Notes under the pieces: generated by a model
The model's input: only the letters and a program-made list of their open reading frames with translations
The model's database searches: none
What the model was told of the DNA's origin: nothing
Source: Sphingobacteriales bacterium
Lineage (GTDB): Bacteria > Bacteroidota > Bacteroidia > UKL13-3
DNA: 64,000 nucleotides
Assembly: GCA_021299635.1 (NCBI GenBank)
Contig: JAJTFA010000003.1
Span: 78,079-142,078, forward strand
Direction of reading: 5' to 3'
Translations under genes and position numbers: made by a program
In this document: piece by piece, positions 41,189 to 51,373 of the stretch
How the letters are laid out: the number at the start of each line of letters is the position of its first letter
Position numbering within the stretch: position 1 is the stretch's first letter

Positions 41189-43273
41189 ATGATACACGCA
41201 GAACCCAAAAGAACCCTCATTACTGCAGCATTGCCATATGCAAACGGACCCGTTCATATTGGTCATTTAGCCGGCTGCTACCTGCCTGCAGATATATATG
41301 CCCGCTATTTGCGCCTGTGCGGTAAAGAAACACTTTTTGTTTGCGGCAGCGATGAGCATGGCGTGGCCATTACCCTTAAGGCTAAAAAAGAAGGCATTAC
41401 CCCTCAACAAATGGTTGATAAATACCACACCCTCATGAAAGAAAGTTTTGAGCAATTTGGTATTTCTTTCGACATCTATCACCGCACCTCAGAAAAATTA
41501 CATGCTGAGACAGCATCAGATTTTTTTAAGGTGATGTATGATAAGGGTGGTTTTATAGAAAAAACAGAGGAGCAGTATTATGATGCCGATCAAAAACAAT
41601 TTTTAGCCGATCGCTATATTACCGGTACTTGTCCGCGCTGCGGCAACGCAGGTGCCTATGGCGATCAGTGTGAAAAATGCGGAACCAGTTTAAGCCCTAA
41701 AGATTTAATTAATCCGCGATCAGCCATCAGCGGCAATACACCGGTGCTTAAAACAACCAGCCATTGGTACCTGCCGCTAGATCAATTGCAGAAAACGTTC
41801 TTAAATGATTACATAAACCAGCATAAAGACGACTGGAAGGTAAATGTATACGGTCAATGCAAAAGCTGGCTGGATGCAGGTTTGCAACCACGTGCCATTA
41901 CACGTGATTTGGATTGGGGTGTGCCTGTGCCTGTAAAAGGGGCCGAAGGCAAAGTGCTTTATGTTTGGTTTGATGCACCCATCGGTTATGTATCGGCTAC
42001 CAAAGCCTGGTGTGAAGCCAACGGAAAAAATTGGCACGACTACTGGGATAAAAATAGCGGAACCCGTTTGCTGCATTTCATCGGTAAAGACAATATTGTA
42101 TTTCACTGCCTCATATTTCCTGCCATTTTGCATGCACAGGGTGAGTTTGTGCTACCCGATAATGTTCCGGCAAATGAGTTTTTAAATCTTGAAGGCGATA
42201 AAATTTCCACTTCGCGTAATTGGGCTGTTTGGCTGCATGAGTATCTGCATGATTTTCCGGGGAGGGAGGATGAGTTGCGATATGTACTTACCTCTATTGC
42301 TCCTGAAACCAAGGATAGTGATTTTAGCTGGAAAGATTATCAGCAGCGTGTAAATAGTGAATTGGTTTCCATACTGGGTAATTTTATTAACCGCGTAATG
42401 GTACTTACCTGGAAATTTTTTGATGGGAAAGTTCCAGCCTACAATGCAGCATACCATACGCAGGATCAGCAATACCGCAAGGAGCTGAAGTATGGTTTTC
42501 ATGTGATGGAAGAGGCACTTCGCCACTTTCGTTTTCGCGAGGCACAATCAGAATTAATAAATATGGCCCGTTTGGGCAATAAGTATCTGGCAGAGCTGGA
42601 ACCCTGGCACCTCATTAAAACGGATAAGGAAAAAACAGCCAGTGTATTGCATTTTGGATTACAGATTGCAGCTGCGCTTAGCATTGCAGGCAGGCCTTTT
42701 CTACCAAAAACCGCTGATAAAATTGCCTCTTTGCTTAACCTTACTTTTGATAAGAAATTGTGGGATGTGCATTTTTTTGAAAGTCTTGAGTTTTTAGGAG
42801 CAGGTCATCAACTCAATGAAGCATCCATTTTGTTTAAACCCATAGAGGACGAAGAAGTGCAAAAACAAACGGACAGATTAGAACAGATAAAAAAAGATAA
42901 CGAAAGCAAAACGGCAACACAGCCAACTGCGCTTAATGCCGTTAAGACAGATATTACGTATGATGATTTTGATAAGATAGACTTACGTGTAGGTAAAATT
43001 CTGGAAGCAGAGCGTGTGCCTAAAGCAGATAAATTATTAAAACTTACTGTGGATTTGGGTTTTGAAAAGCGTACCATTTTATCAGGTATTGCTGAGTATT
43101 ACAAGCCGGAGGAATTGGTTGGCAAACTGGTAACGGTTGTGGCTAACCTGGCACCCCGCAAAATACGAGGTATTGAAAGTCAGGGAATGCTGCTCATGGC
43201 AGGAAATGATTTTGGTAAATTATACAGCGTGGGACCTGAGCAGGATATTGAGCCCGGTAGTGTAGTGAAATAA
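41189..43273 (+). CDS. metG: Methionine--tRNA ligase with a C-terminal tRNA-binding (EMAP/Trbp111-like) domain
   Basis: 694 aa. It has a HIGH motif ([14 protein letters not shown]), a zinc knuckle ([18 protein letters not shown]), KMSKS-like ISTSRN, and a C-terminal [25 protein letters not shown]-fold. Confidence 0.95.
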   Translation: MIHAEPKRTLITAALPYANGPVHIGHLAGCYLPADIYARYLRLCGKETLFVCGSDEHGVAITLKAKKEGITPQQMVDKYHTLMKESFEQFGISFDIYHRTSEKLHAETASDFFKVMYDKGGFIEKTEEQYYDADQKQFLADRYITGTCPRCGNAGAYGDQCEKCGTSLSPKDLINPRSAISGNTPVLKTTSHWYLPLDQLQKTFLNDYINQHKDDWKVNVYGQCKSWLDAGLQPRAITRDLDWGVPVPVKGAEGKVLYVWFDAPIGYVSATKAWCEANGKNWHDYWDKNSGTRLLHFIGKDNIVFHCLIFPAILHAQGEFVLPDNVPANEFLNLEGDKISTSRNWAVWLHEYLHDFPGREDELRYVLTSIAPETKDSDFSWKDYQQRVNSELVSILGNFINRVMVLTWKFFDGKVPAYNAAYHTQDQQYRKELKYGFHVMEEALRHFRFREAQSELINMARLGNKYLAELEPWHLIKTDKEKTASVLHFGLQIAAALSIAGRPFLPKTADKIASLLNLTFDKKLWDVHFFESLEFLGAGHQLNEASILFKPIEDEEVQKQTDRLEQIKKDNESKTATQPTALNAVKTDITYDDFDKIDLRVGKILEAERVPKADKLLKLTVDLGFEKRTILSGIAEYYKPEELVGKLVTVVANLAPRKIRGIESQGMLLMAGNDFGKLYSVGPEQDIEPGSVVK

Positions 43274-43326
43274 ACAAAATGGCGTGGCACCTTGATTTGT
43301 ATAGCAGATTGCAGATATTTGCGGCA

Positions 43327-43356
43327 TTCAATGGATAGAATAGATGGTCTCGTAGT
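43327..43356 (+). repeat. Permuted partial duplicate of the 5' third of the downstream tRNA-Arg
   Basis: TTCAATGGATAGAATAGATG followed by GTCTCGTAGT equals tRNA positions ~11-30 followed by positions ~2-11, which is about 1.3 tandem copies of the tRNA 5' 30-mer. It sits 80 nt upstream of the intact tRNA. The spacer holds nested perfect hairpins (cgaaaaat[..gcaaac gat gtttgc..]atttttcg and aaaatc aaa gatttt). Confidence 0.6.
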
Positions 43357-43435
43357 CCCGAAAAATAGCAAACGATGTTTGCGTAATTTTTCGAGGATGC
43401 TCGCGACAGAGCAAAATCAAAGATTTTGACTGGAT

Positions 43436-43510
43436 GGTCTCGTAGTTCAATGGATAGAATAGATGTTTCCTAAACATTTGATACAGGTTCGATTCCTGTC
43501 GAGACTACCA
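43436..43510 (+). tRNA. tRNA-Arg (anticodon CCT), with an encoded 3' CCA
   Basis: GGTCTCGTAGTTCAATGGATAGAATAGATGTTTCCTAAACATTTGATACAGGTTCGATTCCTGTCGAGACTACCA folds as a cloverleaf. It has U8, A14, G18G19, anticodon stem GATGT/ACATT, anticodon loop TTCCTAA (anticodon CCT), and T-arm ACAGG TTCGATT CCTGT. Position 1-72 appears to be G.U. Confidence 0.8.
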
Positions 43511-43775
43511 ATCCTTTTCTTCTCATATCAACTTATCTAATACCCTATTTTGGGCAATTTGTGGAATCTTCTTTGTCTGCTGTGAAGCCATTTCGTATCA
43601 ATGGATTTTAATCGGGCAAAAAGCATATAAAGTTGTTTTATGAGTTCTTCTCTCTTGCTGTAATCATCAGTATATTAGATAAATGCATAAATATTATCCA
43701 TTTTATTGGTTTGGGCGCAAGGAAAAAGTCTAAATCTCGTCTAACTTCTTTACTTGCAATGCGTCACACCAACCC

Positions 43776-44462
43776 ATGCGTATTCTAATACTTTTTCTGC
43801 TTTTAGGCCATACCCTCTTTGCTCAACTTAATGAGCAGTGCACCATAAACGTTCACATTCGTTTTGGCCAATCTGATATGCAAGTTGGTGACACATGTTA
43901 CCCAATTTTTCAAACCGACAGCCTGAGGCTGGAAGCGGTGAAGTTTTATATGGCAGGTATTGAGTTATGGAAAGATAATAAAAGGGTTTGGGCAGAGCCA
44001 AACAGTTTTCATTTAATTGATGCAACAGAACCGGCATCCATGAAAATTAAACTGCCAATATCCAACGCCATACAGTATAACCAATTAAAGTTTAGCATAG
44101 GCATAGATAGTGCTACCAACACAGCAGGTGCCATGGGTGGTGATTTAGATCCAACCAAAGGAATGTACTGGACATGGCAAAGTGGGTATATTAATGTTAA
44201 AATGGAGGGAACGTATAGCCGAAGCACTGCACGAAACAAAAAGTTTCAATTTCATATTGGTGGGTATAAGTATCCATATGCTGCAGTGCAGCCTATTTCG
44301 TTGCCTGTACAATCTAACTCAGGTATACATCTGGCATTGAATTTAGAACAATTATTGGAACGCTTGTTTACAGATAATCAGTTTGAAATAATGTCTCCGT
44401 GTCAGGAAGCGGTGAGGGTGTCTCAACAGATGGCAAGCCTTTTTACACTTATGAATCCATGA
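43776..44462 (+). CDS. Secreted MbnP-like (putative copper-binding) protein, partner of the downstream di-haem peroxidase
   Basis: 228 aa with a signal peptide (MRILILFLLLGHTLFAQ). Its size, position immediately upstream of a MauG/MbnH-like di-haem CCP with a 4-nt overlap, and conserved Trp-rich stretch (GMYWTWQSGY) fit my recollection of MbnP-family proteins. This is not verified by search. Confidence 0.5.
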   Translation: MRILILFLLLGHTLFAQLNEQCTINVHIRFGQSDMQVGDTCYPIFQTDSLRLEAVKFYMAGIELWKDNKRVWAEPNSFHLIDATEPASMKIKLPISNAIQYNQLKFSIGIDSATNTAGAMGGDLDPTKGMYWTWQSGYINVKMEGTYSRSTARNKKFQFHIGGYKYPYAAVQPISLPVQSNSGIHLALNLEQLLERLFTDNQFEIMSPCQEAVRVSQQMASLFTLMNP

Positions 44463-45493
44463 AAAAGCAGATACTATTTTTACTACTCATCACGGTGCTT
44501 ATCTGCGGATTTACGGCTGAGCAAATTCAACTATTTTCTATCCCTAAAGGTTGGCCTAAGCCTGCCTATAACATGCGCAAAAATCCATTACAAGCGGCTA
44601 ACATAGCGTTGGGCCGTGTATTGTTTTATGATCCGATTTTATCGGCCAATCAAACCATATCCTGTGCAAGTTGTCATTCGGTATATACAGCCTTTACGCA
44701 TGTTGATCATTCATTGAGTCATGGAATAAACGATAGGGTAGGAAAGCGCAATGCTCCTGCGCTGATGAATCTTGCCTGGCACTCTTCGTTTATGTGGGAT
44801 GGGGCCATCAATCATCTCGATATGCAAGCCCTGGCTCCTATTACACATCCGGATGAAATGGGTGAGAACCTTGAAAGTGTCGTATCAAAATTGAAGGCAT
44901 CAGCTTTGTATCCTTCACTTTATTATAAAGCTTATGGCGACAGCCAGATAACAGGTCAGCGCACATTGCAGGCAATTTCTCAGTTTCTGCTCACCTTGGT
45001 TAGCGCGCAATCAAAATATGATAGCGTGATGCGAAAAGAGGCTATATTTACCCAACAAGAGCAAAATGGTTATCGGTTATTTAAACAGCATTGTTCATCA
45101 TGCCATACCGAACCTCTATTTACCAACTTACAATATGAAAATAATGGTTTACCTGTTGATACCTCTCTAAATGATTACGGGCGAATGCACGTTACTTTAA
45201 ATCCATCAGATTCCTTACGATTTAAGGTTCCAACCTTACGTAATATTGAATTCTCATATCCTTATATGCACGATGGGCGTTTTCAGAAGTTAGCACAGGT
45301 ACTCAATCATTATACAAATGGAATACGTCAAAGCACTACAAGCGTGGCTATACTTAAGCTTCCAATTGTACTGAACTCAAATGAGAAAGTTGATGTGATT
45401 GCTTTTTTACTTACGCTAACCGATAAGCATTTTTTATTCAACCCACAATATACTTACCCCAAACAGCTTTTATCAATCAACCAAACCCCTTAA
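44459..45493 (+). CDS. Di-haem cytochrome c peroxidase (MauG/MbnH/CCP family)
   Basis: Two CxxCH haem-binding motifs are present (CASCH and CSSCH), with a signal peptide (MKKQILFLLLITVLICGF) and CCP-like length. I take the start at the ATG at 44459, not the upstream extension in the track. Confidence 0.85.
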   Translation: MKKQILFLLLITVLICGFTAEQIQLFSIPKGWPKPAYNMRKNPLQAANIALGRVLFYDPILSANQTISCASCHSVYTAFTHVDHSLSHGINDRVGKRNAPALMNLAWHSSFMWDGAINHLDMQALAPITHPDEMGENLESVVSKLKASALYPSLYYKAYGDSQITGQRTLQAISQFLLTLVSAQSKYDSVMRKEAIFTQQEQNGYRLFKQHCSSCHTEPLFTNLQYENNGLPVDTSLNDYGRMHVTLNPSDSLRFKVPTLRNIEFSYPYMHDGRFQKLAQVLNHYTNGIRQSTTSVAILKLPIVLNSNEKVDVIAFLLTLTDKHFLFNPQYTYPKQLLSINQTP

Positions 45494-45503
45494 ACCCATT
45501 TAA

Positions 45504-46865
45504 ATGAAACAACTAATTCTAATGGCAACACTTGCATGCAATATATTTGCATTGCACGCACAAACCAATCCGGTTATTACAAAATGGCTCCTTAATACAA
45601 CAGGTATTAAAGGTAGGCACTATATTAAAAACAACTCAACGCCCATTCAGGATGCAGACTCTGCAAATGTGAAGGGAGTACTTTATTCTGCAACGGCAGC
45701 ATACATTAGAGCAAATGGTATTCCGGCATACATTACAGGGCCTTTTATGGATGGCAATCCTAATTTAGCCGGTAGTCAAAACGCCATTTTTAAATTCCCC
45801 CTGAACCCCGTGCAAAACACCGGAACCTTGTCACCAACAACCGGAGGGAATATTGGATTATTTATTAATGGAGTAGCATTATTTGACTACCGTGATGGGG
45901 CTTCGTGGCAAAATGCTACAAGTACCCTCAAGGGTGGACCATACGGAGGCACAGGTGATGGTGTTTGGAACAGAGATGCAGTTGTAGGAGAGCGCCTGGG
46001 ATTTGATTGTTCCAAAGGTCATCCTGCAGGCACTAACTATCATCACCACCAAAATCCAAGTGCGTTTAAATTAGATATTAAAGTAATATCAACCATTTGT
46101 AATCTTTATGATGCAGATGGTTTGTATGTAATTGATAGCTCTAAACATTCTCCGCTGATTGGATTTGCCTATGACGGTTTCCCTATTTACGGAGCATATG
46201 CTTATAAGAATGCAGACGGAACAGGAGGAATTGTGCGCATGAAATCTAGTTATAAGCTGCGGAGCATTACAAAGCGGAATACAAATGTAGACGGTGTAGC
46301 TGTAACTGCAGGCCCTGATGTAAGTGTAACGTATCCGTTGGGTTATTTCAGAGAAGATTATCAATACAACCCAACCTCAGCTGCTACACCCGATTATCTG
46401 GATGAACACAATGGCCGGTTTTGCGTAACACCGGAATATCCAAATGGTATCTATTGTTATTTTGCAACGGTTGATGAAAACTGGAATTCAGCTTATCCTT
46501 ATGCAGTAGGTCCAACTTTTTATGGGGTAAAGAGCGCATCTAAAGTTACCTCCATTACTGAGTCCGTTACGAAGTATGAACCGTCAACCACCAGCTTAAT
46601 GCAGGTACAATTAGAGTCTTCTTTCATCTCTGTTTTTCCTAACCCTACCAGTGATCTTATAGCGGTTCAGTTAAATGATATCAATCAAACGGACCTGCTA
46701 GTAAAGCTATATGATGCCACAGGAAAATTATTGGATCAAACTACTTTATTTCAGGGCAGCACCATTGCATACTTTGATGTGAGTAAAGCATATGCCGGAA
46801 ATTATATTATCCATATAACAGATGGAACCAATCTTGTAACCCGAAAAATTATCTTGACTAAATAA
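45504..46865 (+). CDS. YHYH-family (PF14240-like) protein carrying a T9SS C-terminal sorting domain
   Basis: 453 aa with a signal peptide. GHPAGTNYHHHQNP is the YHYH-type His cluster and DYLDEHNGRFCVTPEYPNGIYCYFAT is the second conserved YHYH-family block. The C-terminus ISVFPNPTSDLIAVQLNDINQTDLLVKLYDATGKLL...GNYIIHITDGTNLVTRKIILTK is a T9SS CTD. Confidence 0.65.
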   Translation: MKQLILMATLACNIFALHAQTNPVITKWLLNTTGIKGRHYIKNNSTPIQDADSANVKGVLYSATAAYIRANGIPAYITGPFMDGNPNLAGSQNAIFKFPLNPVQNTGTLSPTTGGNIGLFINGVALFDYRDGASWQNATSTLKGGPYGGTGDGVWNRDAVVGERLGFDCSKGHPAGTNYHHHQNPSAFKLDIKVISTICNLYDADGLYVIDSSKHSPLIGFAYDGFPIYGAYAYKNADGTGGIVRMKSSYKLRSITKRNTNVDGVAVTAGPDVSVTYPLGYFREDYQYNPTSAATPDYLDEHNGRFCVTPEYPNGIYCYFATVDENWNSAYPYAVGPTFYGVKSASKVTSITESVTKYEPSTTSLMQVQLESSFISVFPNPTSDLIAVQLNDINQTDLLVKLYDATGKLLDQTTLFQGSTIAYFDVSKAYAGNYIIHITDGTNLVTRKIILTK

Positions 46866-47009
46866 GCAGTACGATTGGATTTAGCTTTGCTTTATTTCAT
46901 GATTTTCCCGGTTCATACAGACGTACATGGGCACCAATACTAAAGATCTAAGACACTTGAGTTCAGGTAAGCTTGCTTAGGCGGATGCGGTAATCAATTT
47001 GGTTTATCT

Positions 47010-49010
47010 TTATTCTGCCTCATCACCCAAAATACCATCCGGGCTCATTATGGTGTCAACCAGATTAGTATCCGGTGCAAGCTTAATAAACTCTTTTGCT
47101 TTACCCGGAACAGGAAACAGGTGTGTTAGGTTCATGGTATCTTCCGGCATTAAAACCGTTCTGCGAACCATCAAATCAGATAAAAATTTAAACTGCCTGC
47201 CTACAAAATCTTTCAGGTTTCCTTGTTTGTCAAAACGCCACATAAACCCTTTCGGCCGTGGAATAATGGTTGCTAAAAACAAGCTCTCTCCAAGGGTTAA
47301 GTCTGAAGGTTTTTTATTAAAGTAAAAACGTGATGCCTCGCCAATACCATAAACATTGGGCCCCCATTCAATGATGTTTAAATACACCTCAAACATCCGC
47401 TCTTTGCTGGATAAGCGATTGTTTTCTAAAATGTATACCAGCAATATTTCTTCCAGTTTTCGCGATAGGGTTTTTTCTCTTGTTAAGAATACATTCTTAA
47501 CCAACTGCATGCTGATGGTGCTGGCACCGCGTGCAAATTTTCTTTTACGGATGTTTTTAATTATTGACTGACGGAAGGCTTCATCAATAAAACCTCGGTG
47601 ATAAAAGAAAGAAGGATCTTCGGTAGTAAGCACAGATTTTTTTAGGTAGGGTGAAATCTGATCAAGCGGAGTAAAATCAGGATTGGCAAGGCTAACCAGG
47701 ATGGGGCGCATGGGTCTTCCGTTTTCAATTGGCACGTACACAAAATCACTGTTAAGCTTATTTAGATTAGCTTCACCATATTGTTTAATAAACAGACCAT
47801 ACTTTTGCAGGTTGCTTTCAAAAATCAAGTCTCTTGGTTTGTTTTCATTGTAAACAAAATCCATACGGTAATCAAACGAGCCTTCTACCAGCATGCCCTG
47901 AAAATGTTTAAAGAGTCCTTCCGGTAAGGATGATATAAATTCTTGTGCCGGCATTTGCGGTATGCGAATACCAAGCCTGACAATGGTATCAGGGCTGTTT
48001 TCAAATTGTATAAACGGATAAAATGCAACTTGATTAAAACGAATAACAGAACTGCTATCTAAACCTATAAAGCTTTCACCTGCCTGCACATGATAAGCAA
48101 TCGATGCATGGTTTATCACCACATCACGTTTAGATATTTTGGGATGATTGATTAAAAATTGTGAAATGGAGGCAGAGCCTTTAACGTGCAATACATCATC
48201 TTCCAGGGTTACGGATGCCAGTGTAAAACGAATTGAATCAAAACCGGCATGCAGGTTAAATTTATCTGTAATATAGGGTATACGAATACCACCGGTATCC
48301 TGATTAAACAATTGAACATCGGCTTTCTTTTCTTTCGGGCTGGCACTACCTTCAAGCACCCAATGCTGCTTAAAATCCCTGGCATTTACCAGGATTTCAG
48401 AGTGCAATGCCTTATCTGCCAGTTGCAACTGTTGCACTTGGAACGAAACAGTTTGCGCATCCTCTCTCAGCCTCAGTTCACATGCTTCTAACAGCAAATT
48501 ACTTGGCACCTGAGATAATATTTTTGAAATCAGGTTGTAAACTGTTTTTGCATAGTTTGATTGCTTATCGGCATTGGCATCTTCGCCTGATGGTTCATCA
48601 TCGGATTTTTCAGGATGCAGAAAATAATCAATATTGCTTACAGAATCTGTTTTAACCAATTGTATAAGGCCATTTTCAACCAGTACGTCCCTTATCCTAA
48701 AATCAAGGAGTAGCGCGTATCCCAGCCTAATGCTGCTTTGCACGTTTTGAGCATACAGCAAGGTATCCATCTGGTTGGGTACCAAACAAAGGTTTTCAAT
48801 ATGAACGCCTGCCAGTCCGGTAAATGTAGCATTGCTATAGGTTAATTTTGTTTGGTAAGTAATTTGTAGTTTTACAGCAGCTTTATCAAGTACCTTGCGC
48901 AATGCATAATTGCGCAACGCAAAGAATGCCACAATAGATAAAAGCAAAAAAACACCGGCAGCAAAGGCCAGTGTTTTAAATAGTTTTTTTACGTTTAAGG
49001 CAATAGCCAT
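47010..49010 (-). CDS. Membrane-anchored peptidoglycan glycosyltransferase (GT51 transglycosylase domain) with a large N-terminal domain
   Basis: 666 aa. An N-terminal transmembrane segment precedes a C-terminal GT51 region (..TTEDPSFFYHRGFID..ASTISMQLVKN..RK..E..L..LE.. ..YLN..WG..YGI..AS..YF) of the monofunctional transglycosylase type. Confidence 0.8.
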   Translation of the reverse strand: MAIALNVKKLFKTLAFAAGVFLLLSIVAFFALRNYALRKVLDKAAVKLQITYQTKLTYSNATFTGLAGVHIENLCLVPNQMDTLLYAQNVQSSIRLGYALLLDFRIRDVLVENGLIQLVKTDSVSNIDYFLHPEKSDDEPSGEDANADKQSNYAKTVYNLISKILSQVPSNLLLEACELRLREDAQTVSFQVQQLQLADKALHSEILVNARDFKQHWVLEGSASPKEKKADVQLFNQDTGGIRIPYITDKFNLHAGFDSIRFTLASVTLEDDVLHVKGSASISQFLINHPKISKRDVVINHASIAYHVQAGESFIGLDSSSVIRFNQVAFYPFIQFENSPDTIVRLGIRIPQMPAQEFISSLPEGLFKHFQGMLVEGSFDYRMDFVYNENKPRDLIFESNLQKYGLFIKQYGEANLNKLNSDFVYVPIENGRPMRPILVSLANPDFTPLDQISPYLKKSVLTTEDPSFFYHRGFIDEAFRQSIIKNIRKRKFARGASTISMQLVKNVFLTREKTLSRKLEEILLVYILENNRLSSKERMFEVYLNIIEWGPNVYGIGEASRFYFNKKPSDLTLGESLFLATIIPRPKGFMWRFDKQGNLKDFVGRQFKFLSDLMVRRTVLMPEDTMNLTHLFPVPGKAKEFIKLAPDTNLVDTIMSPDGILGDEAE

Positions 49011-49028
49011 AAATGTTATGAAGGAAAC

Positions 49029-49595
49029 TTAAACGTGCATCAATTCAGCTTCTTTTGCTGCTGTGATGTCATCAATCTTTTTGATATAATTATCAGTAGT
49101 TTTCTGAATTTGTGCTTCAGCAGCTTTGGCTTCATCCTCTGCCAAACCTTCTTTTTGAAGTTTCTTTGCAGCCTCATTAGCATCTTTACGAATATTGCGA
49201 ATGGCTACCTTGGCATGCTCCGCCTCACCTTTCACTTTTTTCACGGTTTCTTTTCTGCGCTCTTCGGTTAAAGGTGGAAGGATAATACGCACAATATTGC
49301 CATCATTGCTGGGCTGTAGCCCAAGATTGGCAATTACAATACCTTTTTCAATAGGTTGAATCATGGCTTTTTCCCATGGCTGTATCACAATTGATTTTGC
49401 ATCAGGCGTGCTAACATTGGCTACCTGATTTAAAGGAACTAAGCTGCCGTAGTAATCTACTTTTACTGCATCAACCATACTTGGATGAGCTTTACCAGCG
49501 CGAATTTTTGCAAACTCTGCTGCAGCATGATCAATGGCTCTATCCATAGCCGATTTTAGATTATCAAATACTTCTTTTAAACGTGGGTCGCTCAT
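49029..49595 (-). CDS. frr: Ribosome recycling factor
   Basis: 188 aa. The conserved RRF sequence (..EFAKIRAGKAHPSMVD.VKVDYYG...PLNQVANVS.PD...IQPWEK...IEKGI...LGLQPSNDG.IVRI.LPPLTEERR..) is present. Confidence 0.95.
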   Translation of the reverse strand: MSDPRLKEVFDNLKSAMDRAIDHAAAEFAKIRAGKAHPSMVDAVKVDYYGSLVPLNQVANVSTPDAKSIVIQPWEKAMIQPIEKGIVIANLGLQPSNDGNIVRIILPPLTEERRKETVKKVKGEAEHAKVAIRNIRKDANEAAKKLQKEGLAEDEAKAAEAQIQKTTDNYIKKIDDITAAKEAELMHV

Positions 49596-49662
49596 AGTGA
49601 TTTACTTTTAATAAGGGATTCGAAAATAGTGAAAAAGAAAATATGAAAAGAGATGAAAAAAA

Positions 49663-50370
49663 TCAGCTTACCAGGGTACCTACTTTTTTACCCTCGCAAA
49701 CTTTCAGGAAGTTGCCTTTTTTATTCATATCAAATACCATGATGGGCATATGGTTTTCCTGACACAAGGTAATGGCCGTCAGGTCCATCACATTCAGGCC
49801 CCGCTCATATACTTCATTGAAACTAATTTTATCAAAACGCTTGGCATTTTTATCTTTTTCAGGATCGGCTGTATAAATGCCATCCACACGCGTGCCTTTA
49901 AGCACCAGGTTAGCTTCTATTTCCACTGCCCTTAAAGAGGCAGCAGTATCTGTTGTAAAGTAAGGGTTACCGGTGCCGGCACCAAAAATAACGACACGAC
50001 CTTTTTCTAAGTGGCGCATAGCTCTTCTACGAATAAATGGCTCGCATATTTGTTCCATTTTAATGGCACTAAGCAAGCGGGTTTTAATCCCATTTTTTTC
50101 TAACGCGCCTTGTAACGCCATAGCATTAATTACAGTTGCCAGCATACCCATATAATCAGCCTGTGCCCTGTCTGCAATTCCGCCAGAAACGCCTTGTATA
50201 CCTCTGAAAATATTTCCGCCCCCTATAACAACTGCTATCTGCACACCTTTATCAAGCACTTGTTTGATATCGTTTGCATATTGTTCTAAAATTTTTGGGT
50301 CAATGCCATATTGTTGATTGCCCATCAGGGATTCACCGCTGAGTTTAAGGAGTACACGTTTATACTTCAT
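49663..50370 (-). CDS. pyrH: UMP kinase
   Basis: 235 aa. The N-terminus [12 protein letters not shown] and GGGNIFRG are UMP kinase signatures. Confidence 0.95.
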   Translation of the reverse strand: MKYKRVLLKLSGESLMGNQQYGIDPKILEQYANDIKQVLDKGVQIAVVIGGGNIFRGIQGVSGGIADRAQADYMGMLATVINAMALQGALEKNGIKTRLLSAIKMEQICEPFIRRRAMRHLEKGRVVIFGAGTGNPYFTTDTAASLRAVEIEANLVLKGTRVDGIYTADPEKDKNAKRFDKISFNEVYERGLNVMDLTAITLCQENHMPIMVFDMNKKGNFLKVCEGKKVGTLVS

Positions 50371-50407
50371 TTGGGTTGGGTTTGATATAAATTATACAAG
50401 TATACGG

Positions 50408-50437
50408 CAAAAAAAATCCCCCAATAACGGGGGATTA
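50408..50437 (-). terminator. Intercistronic hairpin with a T-run between tsf and pyrH, a possible attenuator or partial terminator
   Basis: The minus-strand read atcccccgttattgggggat is followed by T8 (the plus-strand a8 at 50410-50417). Confidence 0.55.
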
Positions 50438-50451
50438 AAAAATTTATTTGA

Positions 50452-51285
50452 TCAGCCTAAAGCTATACGTTTGAAAGCTTTTATAACCAATCCTTTTTCA
50501 ATGCCTTCTAGCATTTGGCCTATGCTCTTGGAATTATCTTTAACGAATTCCTGATTCATTAAGGTTGATTCTTTATAGAACTTACCCAACTTACCCTGAG
50601 CAATTTTTTCAAGCATGGCTTCTGGTTTGCCTTCGGCACGAGCTTGTTCTTTGCCAATTTCTATTTCACGCGCAACAACAGTTGGGTCTACATCATCTTT
50701 GTCAACTGCAACAGGATTAAGAGCGGCTACCTGCATAGCCACATCTTTGCCCGCTACAAAATTTGCATCACTTGGTGCGCTACTTAAAGAAACCAATACA
50801 CCCAAGCGGTTTGCACCATGTATGTAAGGAACGATGTTTTCCCCGTTCATCAGTTCGTAACGCACTACGTCAATTTTTTCACCAATCTTACCAACCTGAT
50901 CTGTTATACGCTCAGCAAGTGTTGCGCCATCAAAAGGCAATGCCTTTAATGCATCAGCGTTAGCAGGTTTATTAGCCAAGGCAAGATCTGCAATGGCGTT
51001 TGCAAATTTTACGAAGTCTTCATTTTTTGCAACAAAATCGGTTTCGCAACTAAGTTGAACAATCACACCGGTTTTTCTGTCGGCTGTTGTTTTAGCAATA
51101 ACGGCACCTTCTTTTGCTTCACGGTCGGCACGAGCTGCAGAAACCTTTGCGCCTTTTTTACGAAGATTATCAATCGCGGCTTCAAAATCGCCATTGGCTT
51201 CGGTTAGGGCTTTCTTACAATCCATCATTCCGGCTCCTGTCATTTGGCGGAGCTTATTTACATCAGCTGCACTGATAGTAGTCAT
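50452..51285 (-). CDS. tsf: Elongation factor Ts
   Basis: 277 aa. The N-terminal UBA-like LRQMTGAGMMDCKKALTEANGDFEAAIDNLRKKG and the remaining EF-Ts core are present. Confidence 0.95.
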   Translation of the reverse strand: MTTISAADVNKLRQMTGAGMMDCKKALTEANGDFEAAIDNLRKKGAKVSAARADREAKEGAVIAKTTADRKTGVIVQLSCETDFVAKNEDFVKFANAIADLALANKPANADALKALPFDGATLAERITDQVGKIGEKIDVVRYELMNGENIVPYIHGANRLGVLVSLSSAPSDANFVAGKDVAMQVAALNPVAVDKDDVDPTVVAREIEIGKEQARAEGKPEAMLEKIAQGKLGKFYKESTLMNQEFVKDNSKSIGQMLEGIEKGLVIKAFKRIALG

Positions 51286-51373
51286 AGTCTATTTTGGTTA
51301 AATGTTGATTATTAAATGATTAATTAATGAAAAGTAGGTAAAAAAATCGGCACTCAGCCGATTCTTTTAATGC

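Noticed and set aside
44399-44458. 20-codon upstream extension of the di-haem peroxidase ORF overlapping the MbnP-like gene
   Set aside because: The signal peptide begins at the ATG at 44459 (MKKQILFLLL...). The extension has no signal-peptide character and overlaps the upstream CDS.
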